Origin: Minisyncoccota bacterium
Lineage (GTDB): Bacteria; Patescibacteriota; Minisyncoccia; RBG-13-40-8-A
Direction: 5' to 3'
Assembly: GCA_035528175.1 (NCBI GenBank)
Contig: DATKZC010000025.1
Coordinates: 431 to 64,430 of the forward strand
DNA length: 64,000 nucleotides
Under the pieces are notes generated by a model that saw nothing but the letters and a program-made list of their open reading frames with translations, was not told where the DNA came from and ran no database searches. The position numbers and the translations under genes are program-made. This document shows positions 37,331 through 46,651 of the stretch, in pieces (position 1 is the first letter of the stretch; each line of letters starts with the position of its first letter).

Positions 37331-38668
37331 ATGAAAGACTTCCTATCTAAAACAGCCAATTTAAATCGATCAATTGTATCCGAAGATTTTGAAAAAACCC
37401 TTGATGTAATTAATCAAAGGATACCATTGATAATTCATAAATATCCGACGAGCACTGGGTGCTTCGGATGGGTACTTCCTAAAAAATGGATCATTCGCGA
37501 TGCTTATATTAAAAACGAAATGGGTGAAAAAATATTGGATTGGAAAAAACATCCATTGCACGTGACAATCGGCTCTCTGTCTGTTAAAAAAACATTATTA
37601 AAAAAAGAAGAATTGCTGAAAAAAATCTGCGTTGCCGAAGATTGTCCTGATTCAATCCCTTATCAATTTAAATTCTATGATTTGAATTGGGGATTTTGTA
37701 TGAGTAAAAATCAAAGAGATAAAATTCAAGGTAATTCTTTCGAAGTATTTATAGATTCGGAATATGTCGATGACAATCTCTTAGTGGGAGAATATATAAT
37801 AAAAGGCAAAAGTGAAAAATCCATAATCATAATGGCGCATATAGATCATCCGGCACAGGTCAATGATGGTCTAGCCGGAGCAGCCGTACTCATTAAACTT
37901 GCAGAACAATTAAAAGAAACCACTCCTGAATATACTTTAAGATTTCAATTTTTACCAGAGAGAATAGGTTCTATCGCCTATCTGCATCACAATTATAAAC
38001 AAATAGACAACATTCTCGGCGGAATCTTTTGCGACATGCCAGGAACGCCAAATCTATCAATGGCACTACAATATTCAAAATGGAAAGATTCCAGAATAGA
38101 TAGAGTGGCTAAATATGTCTTAAAAAATTCCGGCAATAAAACTATATTCGGAAATTGTTTTGAACATGTTGTCAATGACGATGGTTTCTATAATAGTCCC
38201 GGAGTAGATATCCCCTGCATTTCTCTTTCACGTTCCGAGGAACAAAAGGACGAAAACAACTGGAGGCATTTTCCATTTTATCATACGAGCGGCGACTCTC
38301 TTGAAAATTTCGATTTTGCGCAAGCTGAGGAATTCCTTTCTTTACTTTCGGAAATTATTTTTATCTTAAACGAAGATAGAAAAATAATAAGAAAGTATAT
38401 CGGCGTACCGCATCTCTCAAAATACAATTTATGGGTCGACAGAAAAATAAATCCCAAACTTTCCAATAGCATTGAAATCATGCTCTATGATTTCAATAAT
38501 AGAATTTCAATTTTTGACATCTGTGAAAAAAATGGTCTCAATTTTAAAGAAACGCTCGAATTTATTAAAAAATTGGAAAACGCCGGACTGATTAAACTGG
38601 AAGCGACAGATTCCATTTGGTTCAATCCTGAAAATCCATTCGAAAAACTGGCTAGCCGCGAAAAATAA
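37331..38668 (+). CDS. Aminopeptidase-fold (M28/DUF4910-like) protein of unknown role
   Basis: AHIDHPAQVNDGLAGAAVLIKL resembles the metal-binding HxD...D(G) region of the M28/M42 fold. Confidence 0.3.
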   Translation: MKDFLSKTANLNRSIVSEDFEKTLDVINQRIPLIIHKYPTSTGCFGWVLPKKWIIRDAYIKNEMGEKILDWKKHPLHVTIGSLSVKKTLLKKEELLKKICVAEDCPDSIPYQFKFYDLNWGFCMSKNQRDKIQGNSFEVFIDSEYVDDNLLVGEYIIKGKSEKSIIIMAHIDHPAQVNDGLAGAAVLIKLAEQLKETTPEYTLRFQFLPERIGSIAYLHHNYKQIDNILGGIFCDMPGTPNLSMALQYSKWKDSRIDRVAKYVLKNSGNKTIFGNCFEHVVNDDGFYNSPGVDIPCISLSRSEEQKDENNWRHFPFYHTSGDSLENFDFAQAEEFLSLLSEIIFILNEDRKIIRKYIGVPHLSKYNLWVDRKINPKLSNSIEIMLYDFNNRISIFDICEKNGLNFKETLEFIKKLENAGLIKLEATDSIWFNPENPFEKLASREK

Positions 38669-38671
38669 ACT

Positions 38672-39781
38672 ATGAAAAATATCAAAATAGAATATTTATC
38701 GAACAGCAAGCTCACCGAAGAATTCATAAAAGACGTTGTTGATCAACTTAAAGATGATTTGGTTGGAAATAAAACCAGCGAAGAAAAAGAAATCATAGAA
38801 AAACTCATTAGTGACTTAACCGCCAAAACAGAAGGCGGATTTGTCGTTCAGGAAAATGAATATAATTTCCTCTCTCAGAATGAAAAATCTCTATGGACAA
38901 AATATTTGATTTTCAGGTATAAATTCAAAATCTATCCCCTGCTCAAAAAACTAACCGACTTTCCAATGCATCTCTTGGTTGAATTGATGTCTTATTGCAA
39001 TCTAAAATGTATTATGTGTTTCCAGTCAGATCCAACTTTCAACAAGCCCGAATATATGGGGCAAATTGACGTCGATTTGTTCAAAAAAGTTGTAGATGAA
39101 GCAGTAAAAGAAAATTGCGGATCATTGACAATGGCATCCCGCGGCGAGCCGACACTCCATCCCCAATTTGGCGAAATTTTGGAATATATAAAAGGCAAAT
39201 TCTTTGATATTAAGCTCAATACCAACGCTATGCTTCTTAATGAAGAAAAATGCCATCAAATATTGAAGAACGAAGTCACTGAATTGGTTTTTTCTGTTGA
39301 TGCAACATCAAAGGAGGAGTATGAAAAAATACGCAGGAATGGCAACTTCGAACAAGTAGTTAATAATATAAAACAATTTCACAAAATCAGAACTGAATTC
39401 TATCCTGATTCCAAGTGTAGAACACGGATTAGTGGAGTAAAATACAATCAAAATTTCGATACGGAAAAATTTATGGAATTTTGGAAAGCGATTGTTGATA
39501 ATGTTGTCTGTGCTACCATGGAAGATTTCCATGATACGTATAATAATAAACCTAATGGCAAAAACTCTCCCTGTCCAAATCCTTGGTGGAGTCTTTATGT
39601 TTGGTATGACGGCACGGTCAGTCCTTGCGACTACGACTATAAAAGCCAGTTGAATATGGGAAACGTGCGAGAAAAATCAATCAGAGAAGTTTGGACTGGA
39701 GGAAAATTCTCTGAATTAAGAAATAACCATGCTAGCGGAAATCGCAATCGCTATATCCCTTGCGACCGCTGCGAAAATTGA
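38672..39781 (+). CDS. Radical SAM enzyme with C-terminal SPASM/twitch domain
   Basis: CNLKCIMCFQ (CxxxCxxC) and a C-terminal Cys cluster CPNPWW...SPCDYDYKSQLNMGNV...IPCDRCE. Paralogous to the 371-aa minus-strand gene at 60730-61845 (CNLNCVMCYQ). Confidence 0.7.
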   Translation: MKNIKIEYLSNSKLTEEFIKDVVDQLKDDLVGNKTSEEKEIIEKLISDLTAKTEGGFVVQENEYNFLSQNEKSLWTKYLIFRYKFKIYPLLKKLTDFPMHLLVELMSYCNLKCIMCFQSDPTFNKPEYMGQIDVDLFKKVVDEAVKENCGSLTMASRGEPTLHPQFGEILEYIKGKFFDIKLNTNAMLLNEEKCHQILKNEVTELVFSVDATSKEEYEKIRRNGNFEQVVNNIKQFHKIRTEFYPDSKCRTRISGVKYNQNFDTEKFMEFWKAIVDNVVCATMEDFHDTYNNKPNGKNSPCPNPWWSLYVWYDGTVSPCDYDYKSQLNMGNVREKSIREVWTGGKFSELRNNHASGNRNRYIPCDRCEN

Positions 39782-39782
39782 T

Positions 39783-40784
39783 ATGCCGAAAATAAAAATC
39801 GGATTCATAGGATATAAAGGGCACGCAATGCGTTTAATCAAAATATTCTCAAAAATAAAAGATTGCGAGATTTCTTATTTTTATCATCCGGAAAAAAATA
39901 TAGACCTCAAACAAATTTCAATAACCAATAAATCGAAGCTGATTGCAACGCGCAATTTAAAAGGTATGTATTCGTGCGACTGCATTGTAATCTCCTCTCC
40001 AAATTATAGTCATTTCAATTATATTAAAAAACTATTGAAAAACTATAAAGGATATATATTTTGCGAAAAACCACCAGTTGCAAATCTGAAAGAATTAAAT
40101 GCATTAGCCAAAATATCAATTAAAAACAAAAAGAGAATTTATTTTAATTTTAATATGCGATTTAGTTTTCTCAATGATGTTTTAAAAAATTTCTCTCGAA
40201 AATATAATCTTGGAAAACCCATAAGAATAGCAACAACGGTTGGGCATGGATTGGCCTTCAAAAAGTCTTATAAATCATCTTGGCGAGCAAAAAAAGAATT
40301 ACACAAAACCGGAGTACTAGAAACGTTGGGAATTCATTATTTTGATTTAGTAAGTTTTTTGTTCGGCTCACCGGAAAATTTTTGCTATAAATCCGAAAAT
40401 TATTCTCCATACGGCAATTCTATTGATACAAGTCATTTATCGTGTAGCTTTAAAACCCATTGTTATTTCAATTTGACTTGTAGCTATTGCATACCATTTA
40501 TAGAAAACACACAAATTATTTATACAAACGGTTTAATTGAATTAAATGCCACCGAGATAAAAGTTTTTGGACCAAGGGAAGTTTTTGACAAAAAAGGATT
40601 TTTTACCAATCCTCCTTTGATTTTTAAAAAATCTTTAAATAGTGAAAAATTATATTTTGAATCTTTGGTTATGTCCTGTGAATACTTTATTGATTGTGTT
40701 CGCCGAAAAAGAACAATAAATCCGAAATATTTTAAACAAAGCATACTTTCTAATAAGATATGTTTAAACACTGTAGAAAATTAA
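39783..40784 (+). CDS. Gfo/Idh/MocA-family NAD(P)-dependent oxidoreductase
   Basis: Start set at MPKIKIGFIGYKGHA (Rossmann GxxGxxG). The longer 39729 start in the track overlaps the rSAM gene. EKP motif (FCEKPPVA) typical of the family. Confidence 0.55.
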   Translation: MPKIKIGFIGYKGHAMRLIKIFSKIKDCEISYFYHPEKNIDLKQISITNKSKLIATRNLKGMYSCDCIVISSPNYSHFNYIKKLLKNYKGYIFCEKPPVANLKELNALAKISIKNKKRIYFNFNMRFSFLNDVLKNFSRKYNLGKPIRIATTVGHGLAFKKSYKSSWRAKKELHKTGVLETLGIHYFDLVSFLFGSPENFCYKSENYSPYGNSIDTSHLSCSFKTHCYFNLTCSYCIPFIENTQIIYTNGLIELNATEIKVFGPREVFDKKGFFTNPPLIFKKSLNSEKLYFESLVMSCEYFIDCVRRKRTINPKYFKQSILSNKICLNTVEN

Positions 40785-40796
40785 TAACAAATAAAA

Positions 40797-40824
40797 GAAG
40801 AACATCTATTGTTCTTTTTTTTAT
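40797..40824 (+). terminator. Rho-independent terminator after the rSAM/oxidoreductase pair
   Basis: GAAGAACA-TCTAT-TGTTCTT hairpin followed by T8. Confidence 0.6.
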
Positions 40825-40840
40825 TTGTCCACAGATAAGT

Positions 40841-40895
40841 ACCTGACACCATTTGACACCTATTGACACTATCATTTTTACTACTATATAATTAA
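40841..40895 (+). promoter_or_regulatory. Promoter with three direct TGACAC repeats at exact 10-bp spacing
   Basis: TGACAC at 40844, 40854 and 40864. The last forms a TTGACA -35 with an about 18-nt spacer to TATAAT (40887-40892). The gene starts at 40902. Confidence 0.55.
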
Positions 40896-40901
40896 ATCAA
40901 T

Positions 40902-41150
40902 ATGAAAAAAGAGGTAAATTCAAACTCAATATACACTACCAATGAAACCAAAGAACTCTTGAAAGTAAGCGACAGCACCATAAAGCGCCTGCTCAAAAAA
41001 GGTATCATTAAAGCCAATAAAGTCGGTGGTCAATACAGAATTATGGGAAAGGAAATCCTCCGACTCGTCTCGCCTAAAGTTGAAAGAAAGGCAGTATCAA
41101 TTTATCAGAAGCTTAAAAAAGATATAAAAACTAAAATTAAGAAGTGGTAA
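40902..41150 (+). CDS. Excisionase-family (HTH_17-like) small DNA-binding protein
   Basis: ETKELLKVSDSTIKRLLKKGIIKANKVGGQYRI: the HTH and the conserved ...(R/K)xGxxxRI wing of Xis/AlpA-like excisionase-family regulators. K-rich tail. Confidence 0.5.
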   Translation: MKKEVNSNSIYTTNETKELLKVSDSTIKRLLKKGIIKANKVGGQYRIMGKEILRLVSPKVERKAVSIYQKLKKDIKTKIKKW

Positions 41151-41160
41151 TTTAAATACT

Positions 41161-42120
41161 ATGAAAAAAGCTTTAGTTTGCGGAGCAGGTGGTTTTATTG
41201 GTGGCCATCTGGTAAAACAATTAAAAAAAGAAGGTTATTGGGTACGCGGAGTTGATTTAAAAAAACATGAATTTTCTCCAAGTGCTGCGGATGAATTTTT
41301 AATACTAGACCTAAGAGAAGAAAAAAATTGCCAAACAGCTGTTCTTGGCCCAAATGGCGAGATTTTTGACGAAGTTTACCAATTAGCAGCTGACATGGGC
41401 GGCATGGGATTTATTCATACAGCTGAATGCGAAATTATGCGCAATAACGCCTTAATCAATATTAATATGATTAATTCAAGCGCTGATGCCAGAGTCAAGC
41501 GTTATTTCTTTTCCTCGTCTGCCTGCATTTATAGGAATATGGAATATAATGAGCCCGAACTATCCGAAGAAGACGCTTACCCTGCATTACCAGATAATGA
41601 ATATGGCTGGGAAAAGCTTTATGCCGAGCGCATGGCCATGGCTTATGGCCGACGTTTTGGTCTGGCTATTCGATTGGCTCGATTCCAAAACTGCTATGGA
41701 CCAGAGGGCACATGGAAAGGCGGAAGGGAAAAGGCTCCAGCTGCATTGTGCCGTAAAATTGCTGAAGCCAAAGACGATGACACTATTGAAATTTGGGGCG
41801 ATGGCACGGCTATGCGTGCTTATACTTACATTGATGATATGATTGAAGGAATCCGTATGCTTATGGATTCTGAATTAGAAAACGGCGTGAATATCGGCCG
41901 ACAAGAATATGTGAGCGTAGACGAATTAGCGAAAACAATTGCCGAAATTTCCAACAAGAAAGTAAATCTTAAACATATAAATGGACCAGTGGGGGTAAAA
42001 GCTAGAAATTTCCGCATTGACCGCATTTCTTCTTTGGGCTGGAACTCCCAGTTTTCCCTACGAGATGGTCTAACTAAAACATATTCCTGGATTAAAGAAC
42101 AAGTATGGAAAACCTCATAA
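41161..42120 (+). CDS. NAD-dependent sugar epimerase/dehydratase (extended SDR)
   Basis: ALVCGAGGFIGGHLV Rossmann motif, catalytic YGWEK (YxxxK), 319 aa. Confidence 0.75.
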   Translation: MKKALVCGAGGFIGGHLVKQLKKEGYWVRGVDLKKHEFSPSAADEFLILDLREEKNCQTAVLGPNGEIFDEVYQLAADMGGMGFIHTAECEIMRNNALININMINSSADARVKRYFFSSSACIYRNMEYNEPELSEEDAYPALPDNEYGWEKLYAERMAMAYGRRFGLAIRLARFQNCYGPEGTWKGGREKAPAALCRKIAEAKDDDTIEIWGDGTAMRAYTYIDDMIEGIRMLMDSELENGVNIGRQEYVSVDELAKTIAEISNKKVNLKHINGPVGVKARNFRIDRISSLGWNSQFSLRDGLTKTYSWIKEQVWKTS

Positions 42121-42926
42121 TCATAAAACCTCAAAAGAGATTTAGCCTACAAGACTTAAAGGAAATTTGGATATATAAAGAATTGCTTTATTTCTTTACT
42201 TGGCGCGATCTTAAAGTCCGATACAAACAAACCGCAATAGGTGTTCTCTGGGCAATTTTCCGACCATTTATTACCATGATTATTTTTAGTGTCTTTTTCG
42301 GCGGACTAATGAAAGTTCCTTCTGATAATATCCCTTATCCTATATTTGTTTATGTTGGTCTATTGTTTTGGCAGTTGTTTTCCGCGTCTTTATCCGAATC
42401 TAGCAATAGCTTGGTCAGCAGCCGAGCCATATTTACGAAAATTTATTTTCCACGTTTAATTCTGCCGATTTCTTCAATAATTCCTCATTTTGTTGATTTT
42501 TTAATTGCTTCGATAATTCTAATTGGTATGATGTTTTATTATCATTTTATTCCTGGACTGATTGGTTTATTGATTCTGCCAATTTTAATTTTAATAACAC
42601 TAACAATGTCTTGCGGACTGGGCATCTTTTTATCGGCAATAAACGTTAAATACCGGGACGTGCCCCATATTCTGCCTTTTTTAATCCAAACATTAATGTT
42701 TGTTACCCCTGTTATTTATCCCACGAGCATATTACAAAAATATTCGTGGATTATGGCCATAAACCCCATGACCGGAGTTATTCAGACAGCTCGTGCGGCA
42801 ATATTGGGAACATCATCAATTAATTGGTTTTTATTGCTCATTTCTGGTTTGATTTGTTTAACGGTATTAATTTTTGGAATAATTTATTTTAAAAAAACAG
42901 AAAAACATTTTGCGGATTTGGTATAA
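42105..42926 (+). CDS. wzm: ABC-2 type polysaccharide/O-antigen export permease
   Basis: WRDLKVRYKQTAIGVLWAIFRPF N-terminal ABC-2 signature and 6 TM helices. Overlaps the upstream gene by 16 bp. Confidence 0.8.
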   Translation: MENLIIIKPQKRFSLQDLKEIWIYKELLYFFTWRDLKVRYKQTAIGVLWAIFRPFITMIIFSVFFGGLMKVPSDNIPYPIFVYVGLLFWQLFSASLSESSNSLVSSRAIFTKIYFPRLILPISSIIPHFVDFLIASIILIGMMFYYHFIPGLIGLLILPILILITLTMSCGLGIFLSAINVKYRDVPHILPFLIQTLMFVTPVIYPTSILQKYSWIMAINPMTGVIQTARAAILGTSSINWFLLLISGLICLTVLIFGIIYFKKTEKHFADLV

Positions 42927-42941
42927 AATTACAAAAAATAT

Positions 42942-44213
42942 ATGTCAGTCGTTGAAATAAAAAATATATCAAAAAAATATCGCATTATGCGCCAAAAAGA
43001 ACGCTATGGCACACTGCGCGATACGCTTATCAATATTACTAAAAACCCATTCAGATTTTTCAAAAATACCATACTAGGCAACAATACTAGAGAAGAATTC
43101 TGGGCATTAAAAAATATAAATTTAGATATCAAAAAGGGAGAAGCCATCGGCATAATTGGAGCTAATGGCGCCGGCAAGTCCACGTTTTTAAAAATTATTT
43201 CCAGAATCACATTCCCGACAACTGGCGAAATCAAAATCAGAGGACGAGTAGCTTCTTTGCTGGAAATCGGCACGGGATTCCATCCGGAATTAACGGGATA
43301 CGAAAATATTTTTCTGAACGGAGCTATTATGGGAATGACCAAAAAAGAAATTAAAGCGAAGCTTAACGATATAATTAAATTTGCCGGAATTGAAAAATTT
43401 ATTGATACTCCGGTAAAACGTTATTCGTCCGGCATGTATATCAGGCTTGCGTTTTCTGTGGCTGCACACATGGAGCCGGATATTTTAATAGTCGACGAAG
43501 TGCTTGCCGTGGGAGACGTCAGTTTTCAAAAAAAGTGTCTTGGGAAGATGAATGAAGTGGCCAAAAAACAAGGCAGGACCGTTTTATTCGTCAGTCATAA
43601 TATGGCGGCGATTCAAAACCTTTGTGAAAGGTGCATTCTATTAGAAAATGGGATGATTAAAAAACGGGGCAAGACAGATGAAATAATAAGTTACTACCTA
43701 AGTCAAACTAACGGTAATACCACTATTGGAGAATATAAACATAGCAAGAATGATTTTTTGGCAAATGATTTTGTTGAATTAATTTCCGTTAAATTAACCG
43801 ATCAAAACGGAGATATCAGTGCGGATTTTGGCTCCACTGAAGATATATATATGTTAATAGAGTATAAAATAAAAAAAGAATTATCCACTTTGGTTATTGA
43901 TGCCGACATTAAAAATGAAGATGGCCTTACCATATTTCACTCCACGGATAATGATGATGGCAAACTTGCCGGCGAAAAAAGGGTTCCTGGAACTTACATC
44001 AGTCGTTGCCAAATTCCTAAAAGTTTATTAAATACTGGAAAATATTTTGTAGGAGTAGGGGGAGGCATTCCTAAAATAGAACAATTTTTCCATGCAAAAA
44101 ATATTTTAAGCTTTAATTTAAGATCTACCGGCGGACCAACAAGCGTAGACTCGCCAAGAAGCGGGGTGGTCTGCCCCGAACTTAAGTGGGAAACTACTTT
44201 AAAAATGATATAA
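42942..44213 (+). CDS. wzt: ABC polysaccharide export ATP-binding protein with C-terminal carbohydrate-binding-like domain
   Basis: GIIGANGAGKST Walker A, YSSGMYIRLAF signature, ILIVDEVLAVGD Walker B, and a 170-aa beta-rich extension as in Wzt. Confidence 0.85.
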   Translation: MSVVEIKNISKKYRIMRQKERYGTLRDTLINITKNPFRFFKNTILGNNTREEFWALKNINLDIKKGEAIGIIGANGAGKSTFLKIISRITFPTTGEIKIRGRVASLLEIGTGFHPELTGYENIFLNGAIMGMTKKEIKAKLNDIIKFAGIEKFIDTPVKRYSSGMYIRLAFSVAAHMEPDILIVDEVLAVGDVSFQKKCLGKMNEVAKKQGRTVLFVSHNMAAIQNLCERCILLENGMIKKRGKTDEIISYYLSQTNGNTTIGEYKHSKNDFLANDFVELISVKLTDQNGDISADFGSTEDIYMLIEYKIKKELSTLVIDADIKNEDGLTIFHSTDNDDGKLAGEKRVPGTYISRCQIPKSLLNTGKYFVGVGGGIPKIEQFFHAKNILSFNLRSTGGPTSVDSPRSGVVCPELKWETTLKMI

Positions 44214-44221
44214 GTAATTTT

Positions 44222-45643
44222 ATGAAAATACTTTTACTTTACGATACAAAAGGCTCAAAAGCAAAGAATTTAATGCTAGAATTAGAAAAAAATTCTAATA
44301 AAATAATCTATTGGGTAGGCGCCCCTGGGGGAGAAATAGATAATTTGCCTGAAAGTATTTTTCATTCAAGCTCCGATGCATTGCTCGGATTGCCGGCTAA
44401 AAATATTAATATTTCTGAATTTGCTCCACCAAGCAATAATCTGATAGAAAAATTATACAGAACTGAATCTCTAATTCTAACGATGATGAATGCAAAATAC
44501 GATAATTTGCGCACCAGCGAACGCAAGCATTTATATTATGAAATGTTAAGATATTGGTACGGTATACTCAATAAATATAAACCAGATGTTGTTCTCCATG
44601 GACTTATCCCTCATGCCGTCCATACCTTTTTAATACAGGAATTGGCGCGCTTGCTAAATATCAAAACCGTGATGTTTGAAGACACAGGAGCATCTGATAG
44701 ATTACTGGCATTTAACGATTTCCGCGACGGAAGCAAAGATCTACAAAGAGAAATCAAAAGAAATCATGGCAAAAATTTTTCATTAAAAGATTTGAGCAAT
44801 GATATACAAAAATACTATAAATCACAACTCGACTTTAAGCACGATTCTACGCCAGTATATGTAGGAGTCCTGAAAAATCGATACACTGGATCAGAATTAT
44901 TAAAACGCAGATTGAACCGCTTTAGAAAAAGCATCCAAGAAGGCATTTTTCTGAAAACAATAATACAAACCATAATTAAGAGATTTAGAAAAAATAGCAA
45001 AGATGAATATGCCAGCCTTCAAGCCGAACCGGATTTAAATAAAAAATTTATTTATGCCCCGCTACATTTGCAGCCAGAATGCACCACTTCCCCAAAAGGC
45101 GATTTATTCGTTGACCAAATTCTAATGCTCGAAACTTTATCTGCCGCCCTACCCAAAGATTGGGTAATATATGTTAAAGAGCATCCAATTCAATGGTACC
45201 AGCGCGGAACAGATTTTTCCGGCGCAAGATACCGAGGATATTACAAAAAAATATCTGAGATAAAAAATATTCAATTGATTCCAGTCCAAATCAGCACCTA
45301 TACTTTAATCAATAAATCACAGGCAGTAGCTACTGTTGCCGGAATGGCATCGTGGGAAGCAGTACTGAGGTCTAAACCAGCCATAATATTCGGCTACTCC
45401 TGGTATAGGGATTGTTATGGAGTTTTTAAAGTTGATAACATTTACTCCTGTAGTGTGGCTTTAGAAAAAATTGCCAGCGGTTTTGCCGTAGACCAACAAC
45501 AAGTTATTAATTATTTAAAATGCTTTGATGATGCAACCATCCATGGATATCTCGACGTTGATTATGCAAAAAGCTCTGAACTTACTCCTGAAGAAAATAA
45601 AAATAATGTAATTCAAAAAATGTTATTTGAGATTAAAAATTAA
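44222..45643 (+). CDS. Capsule_synth (KpsC/KpsS)-like glycosyltransferase candidate
   Basis: Start set at MKILLLYDTKG. YAPLHLQPECTTSP and VKEHPIQW resemble the H.QPE and K.HP motifs of KpsC/KpsS-type ulosonic-acid transferases. By-eye only. Confidence 0.35.
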   Translation: MKILLLYDTKGSKAKNLMLELEKNSNKIIYWVGAPGGEIDNLPESIFHSSSDALLGLPAKNINISEFAPPSNNLIEKLYRTESLILTMMNAKYDNLRTSERKHLYYEMLRYWYGILNKYKPDVVLHGLIPHAVHTFLIQELARLLNIKTVMFEDTGASDRLLAFNDFRDGSKDLQREIKRNHGKNFSLKDLSNDIQKYYKSQLDFKHDSTPVYVGVLKNRYTGSELLKRRLNRFRKSIQEGIFLKTIIQTIIKRFRKNSKDEYASLQAEPDLNKKFIYAPLHLQPECTTSPKGDLFVDQILMLETLSAALPKDWVIYVKEHPIQWYQRGTDFSGARYRGYYKKISEIKNIQLIPVQISTYTLINKSQAVATVAGMASWEAVLRSKPAIIFGYSWYRDCYGVFKVDNIYSCSVALEKIASGFAVDQQQVINYLKCFDDATIHGYLDVDYAKSSELTPEENKNNVIQKMLFEIKN

Positions 45644-45663
45644 TTAAGAATTGAGATGAAATT

Positions 45664-46644
45664 ATGATTGAAGATTTATTTAAAGATAAAACAATATTGA
45701 TTACAGGCGGCACCGGATCTTTTGGTTCCAATTTTGTTAAGTATCTACTAAAAAACTCTAAGGCAAAAAAATTAATAATTTACAGCAGAGACGAACTCAA
45801 GCAATCAAAGATGGATGCCGAAATCAATGACAAAAGACTGCGCTTCTTTATTGGAGATGTCCGAGAATCGGAAAGGTTGCGAAGGGCATTTAATGGCGTT
45901 GATATTGTGATACATGCTGCGGCCCTCAAACAAGTTCCGGCCTTGGAATATAATCCATTTGAAGCAATTAAAACCAATATACTCGGCAGCCAGAATATTA
46001 TCAATGCTGCCATTGACCAAGGAATAGAAAAAGTGTTGTTAGTTTCAACAGATAAAGCAGTCCATCCAGTAAATCTTTATGGCGCGACCAAATTATGCGC
46101 CGAGAAATTATTTGTAAACGGCAATGTTTATGCCCCTAAAAAATCAATCTTCAGCGTAGTAAGATATGGCAATGTTTTAGGCAGCCGGGGAAGTATTGTA
46201 GAAACATTACTTAAAGAGAAAAATCCGAAAAAAGTCCAAATTACCGATATGGAAATGACCCGATTCTGGATTACATTAGAACAGACATTTGAATTGGTAT
46301 TGTTTGCGCTTGAGCATATGCGCGGCGGGGAGATTTTTGTGCCCAAGATACCGAGCATGAAATTGGTTGATTTATTTGATGCTATTGCGCCAAACACAGA
46401 GAAAGAAATTATCGGAATCAGACCAGGAGAAAAACTGCACGAAGTCCTACTCACTCAGGAAGAAGCTAAACATGCCATGGAATTAGACAGACATTTCGCC
46501 ATCGTGCCTCATGATAAAAAACTGGAGTTTTACGCGGAAGTAATAAGAAACGGCAAAAAAGTAGCGCATGATTTTAGTTTTAGCAGCCATACCAATAATC
46601 ATTGGTTGACCAAGGAGGAGCTTAAAAAATTAATAAATAACTAA
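45664..46644 (+). CDS. pseB: UDP-GlcNAc 4,6-dehydratase (PseB/CapD/FlaA1-like inverting dehydratase)
   Basis: ILITGGTGSFGS, IYSRDELKQ, LRFFIGDVRE, VIHAAALKQVP...PFEAIKTNILGSQN, and STDKAVHPVNLYGATK with Lys in place of the usual SDR Tyr-partner arrangement, characteristic of PseB/CapD. Confidence 0.85.
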   Translation: MIEDLFKDKTILITGGTGSFGSNFVKYLLKNSKAKKLIIYSRDELKQSKMDAEINDKRLRFFIGDVRESERLRRAFNGVDIVIHAAALKQVPALEYNPFEAIKTNILGSQNIINAAIDQGIEKVLLVSTDKAVHPVNLYGATKLCAEKLFVNGNVYAPKKSIFSVVRYGNVLGSRGSIVETLLKEKNPKKVQITDMEMTRFWITLEQTFELVLFALEHMRGGEIFVPKIPSMKLVDLFDAIAPNTEKEIIGIRPGEKLHEVLLTQEEAKHAMELDRHFAIVPHDKKLEFYAEVIRNGKKVAHDFSFSSHTNNHWLTKEELKKLINN

Positions 46645-46651
46645 TTAAAAT

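Noticed and set aside
39729-39782. Upstream start of the Gfo/Idh/MocA ORF that overlaps the rSAM/SPASM gene by 53 bp
   Set aside because: The extension (MLAEIAIAISLATAAKID) is the alternate-frame read of the rSAM C-terminus. The Rossmann fold begins right at MPKIKIGFIGYKGHA, and the start was set there.
44186-44221. Upstream start (MGNYFKNDISNF) of the Capsule_synth-like ORF overlapping the wzt stop
   Set aside because: MKILLLYDTKG at 44222 gives a typical start immediately after the wzt stop. The 12 extra codons have no support.
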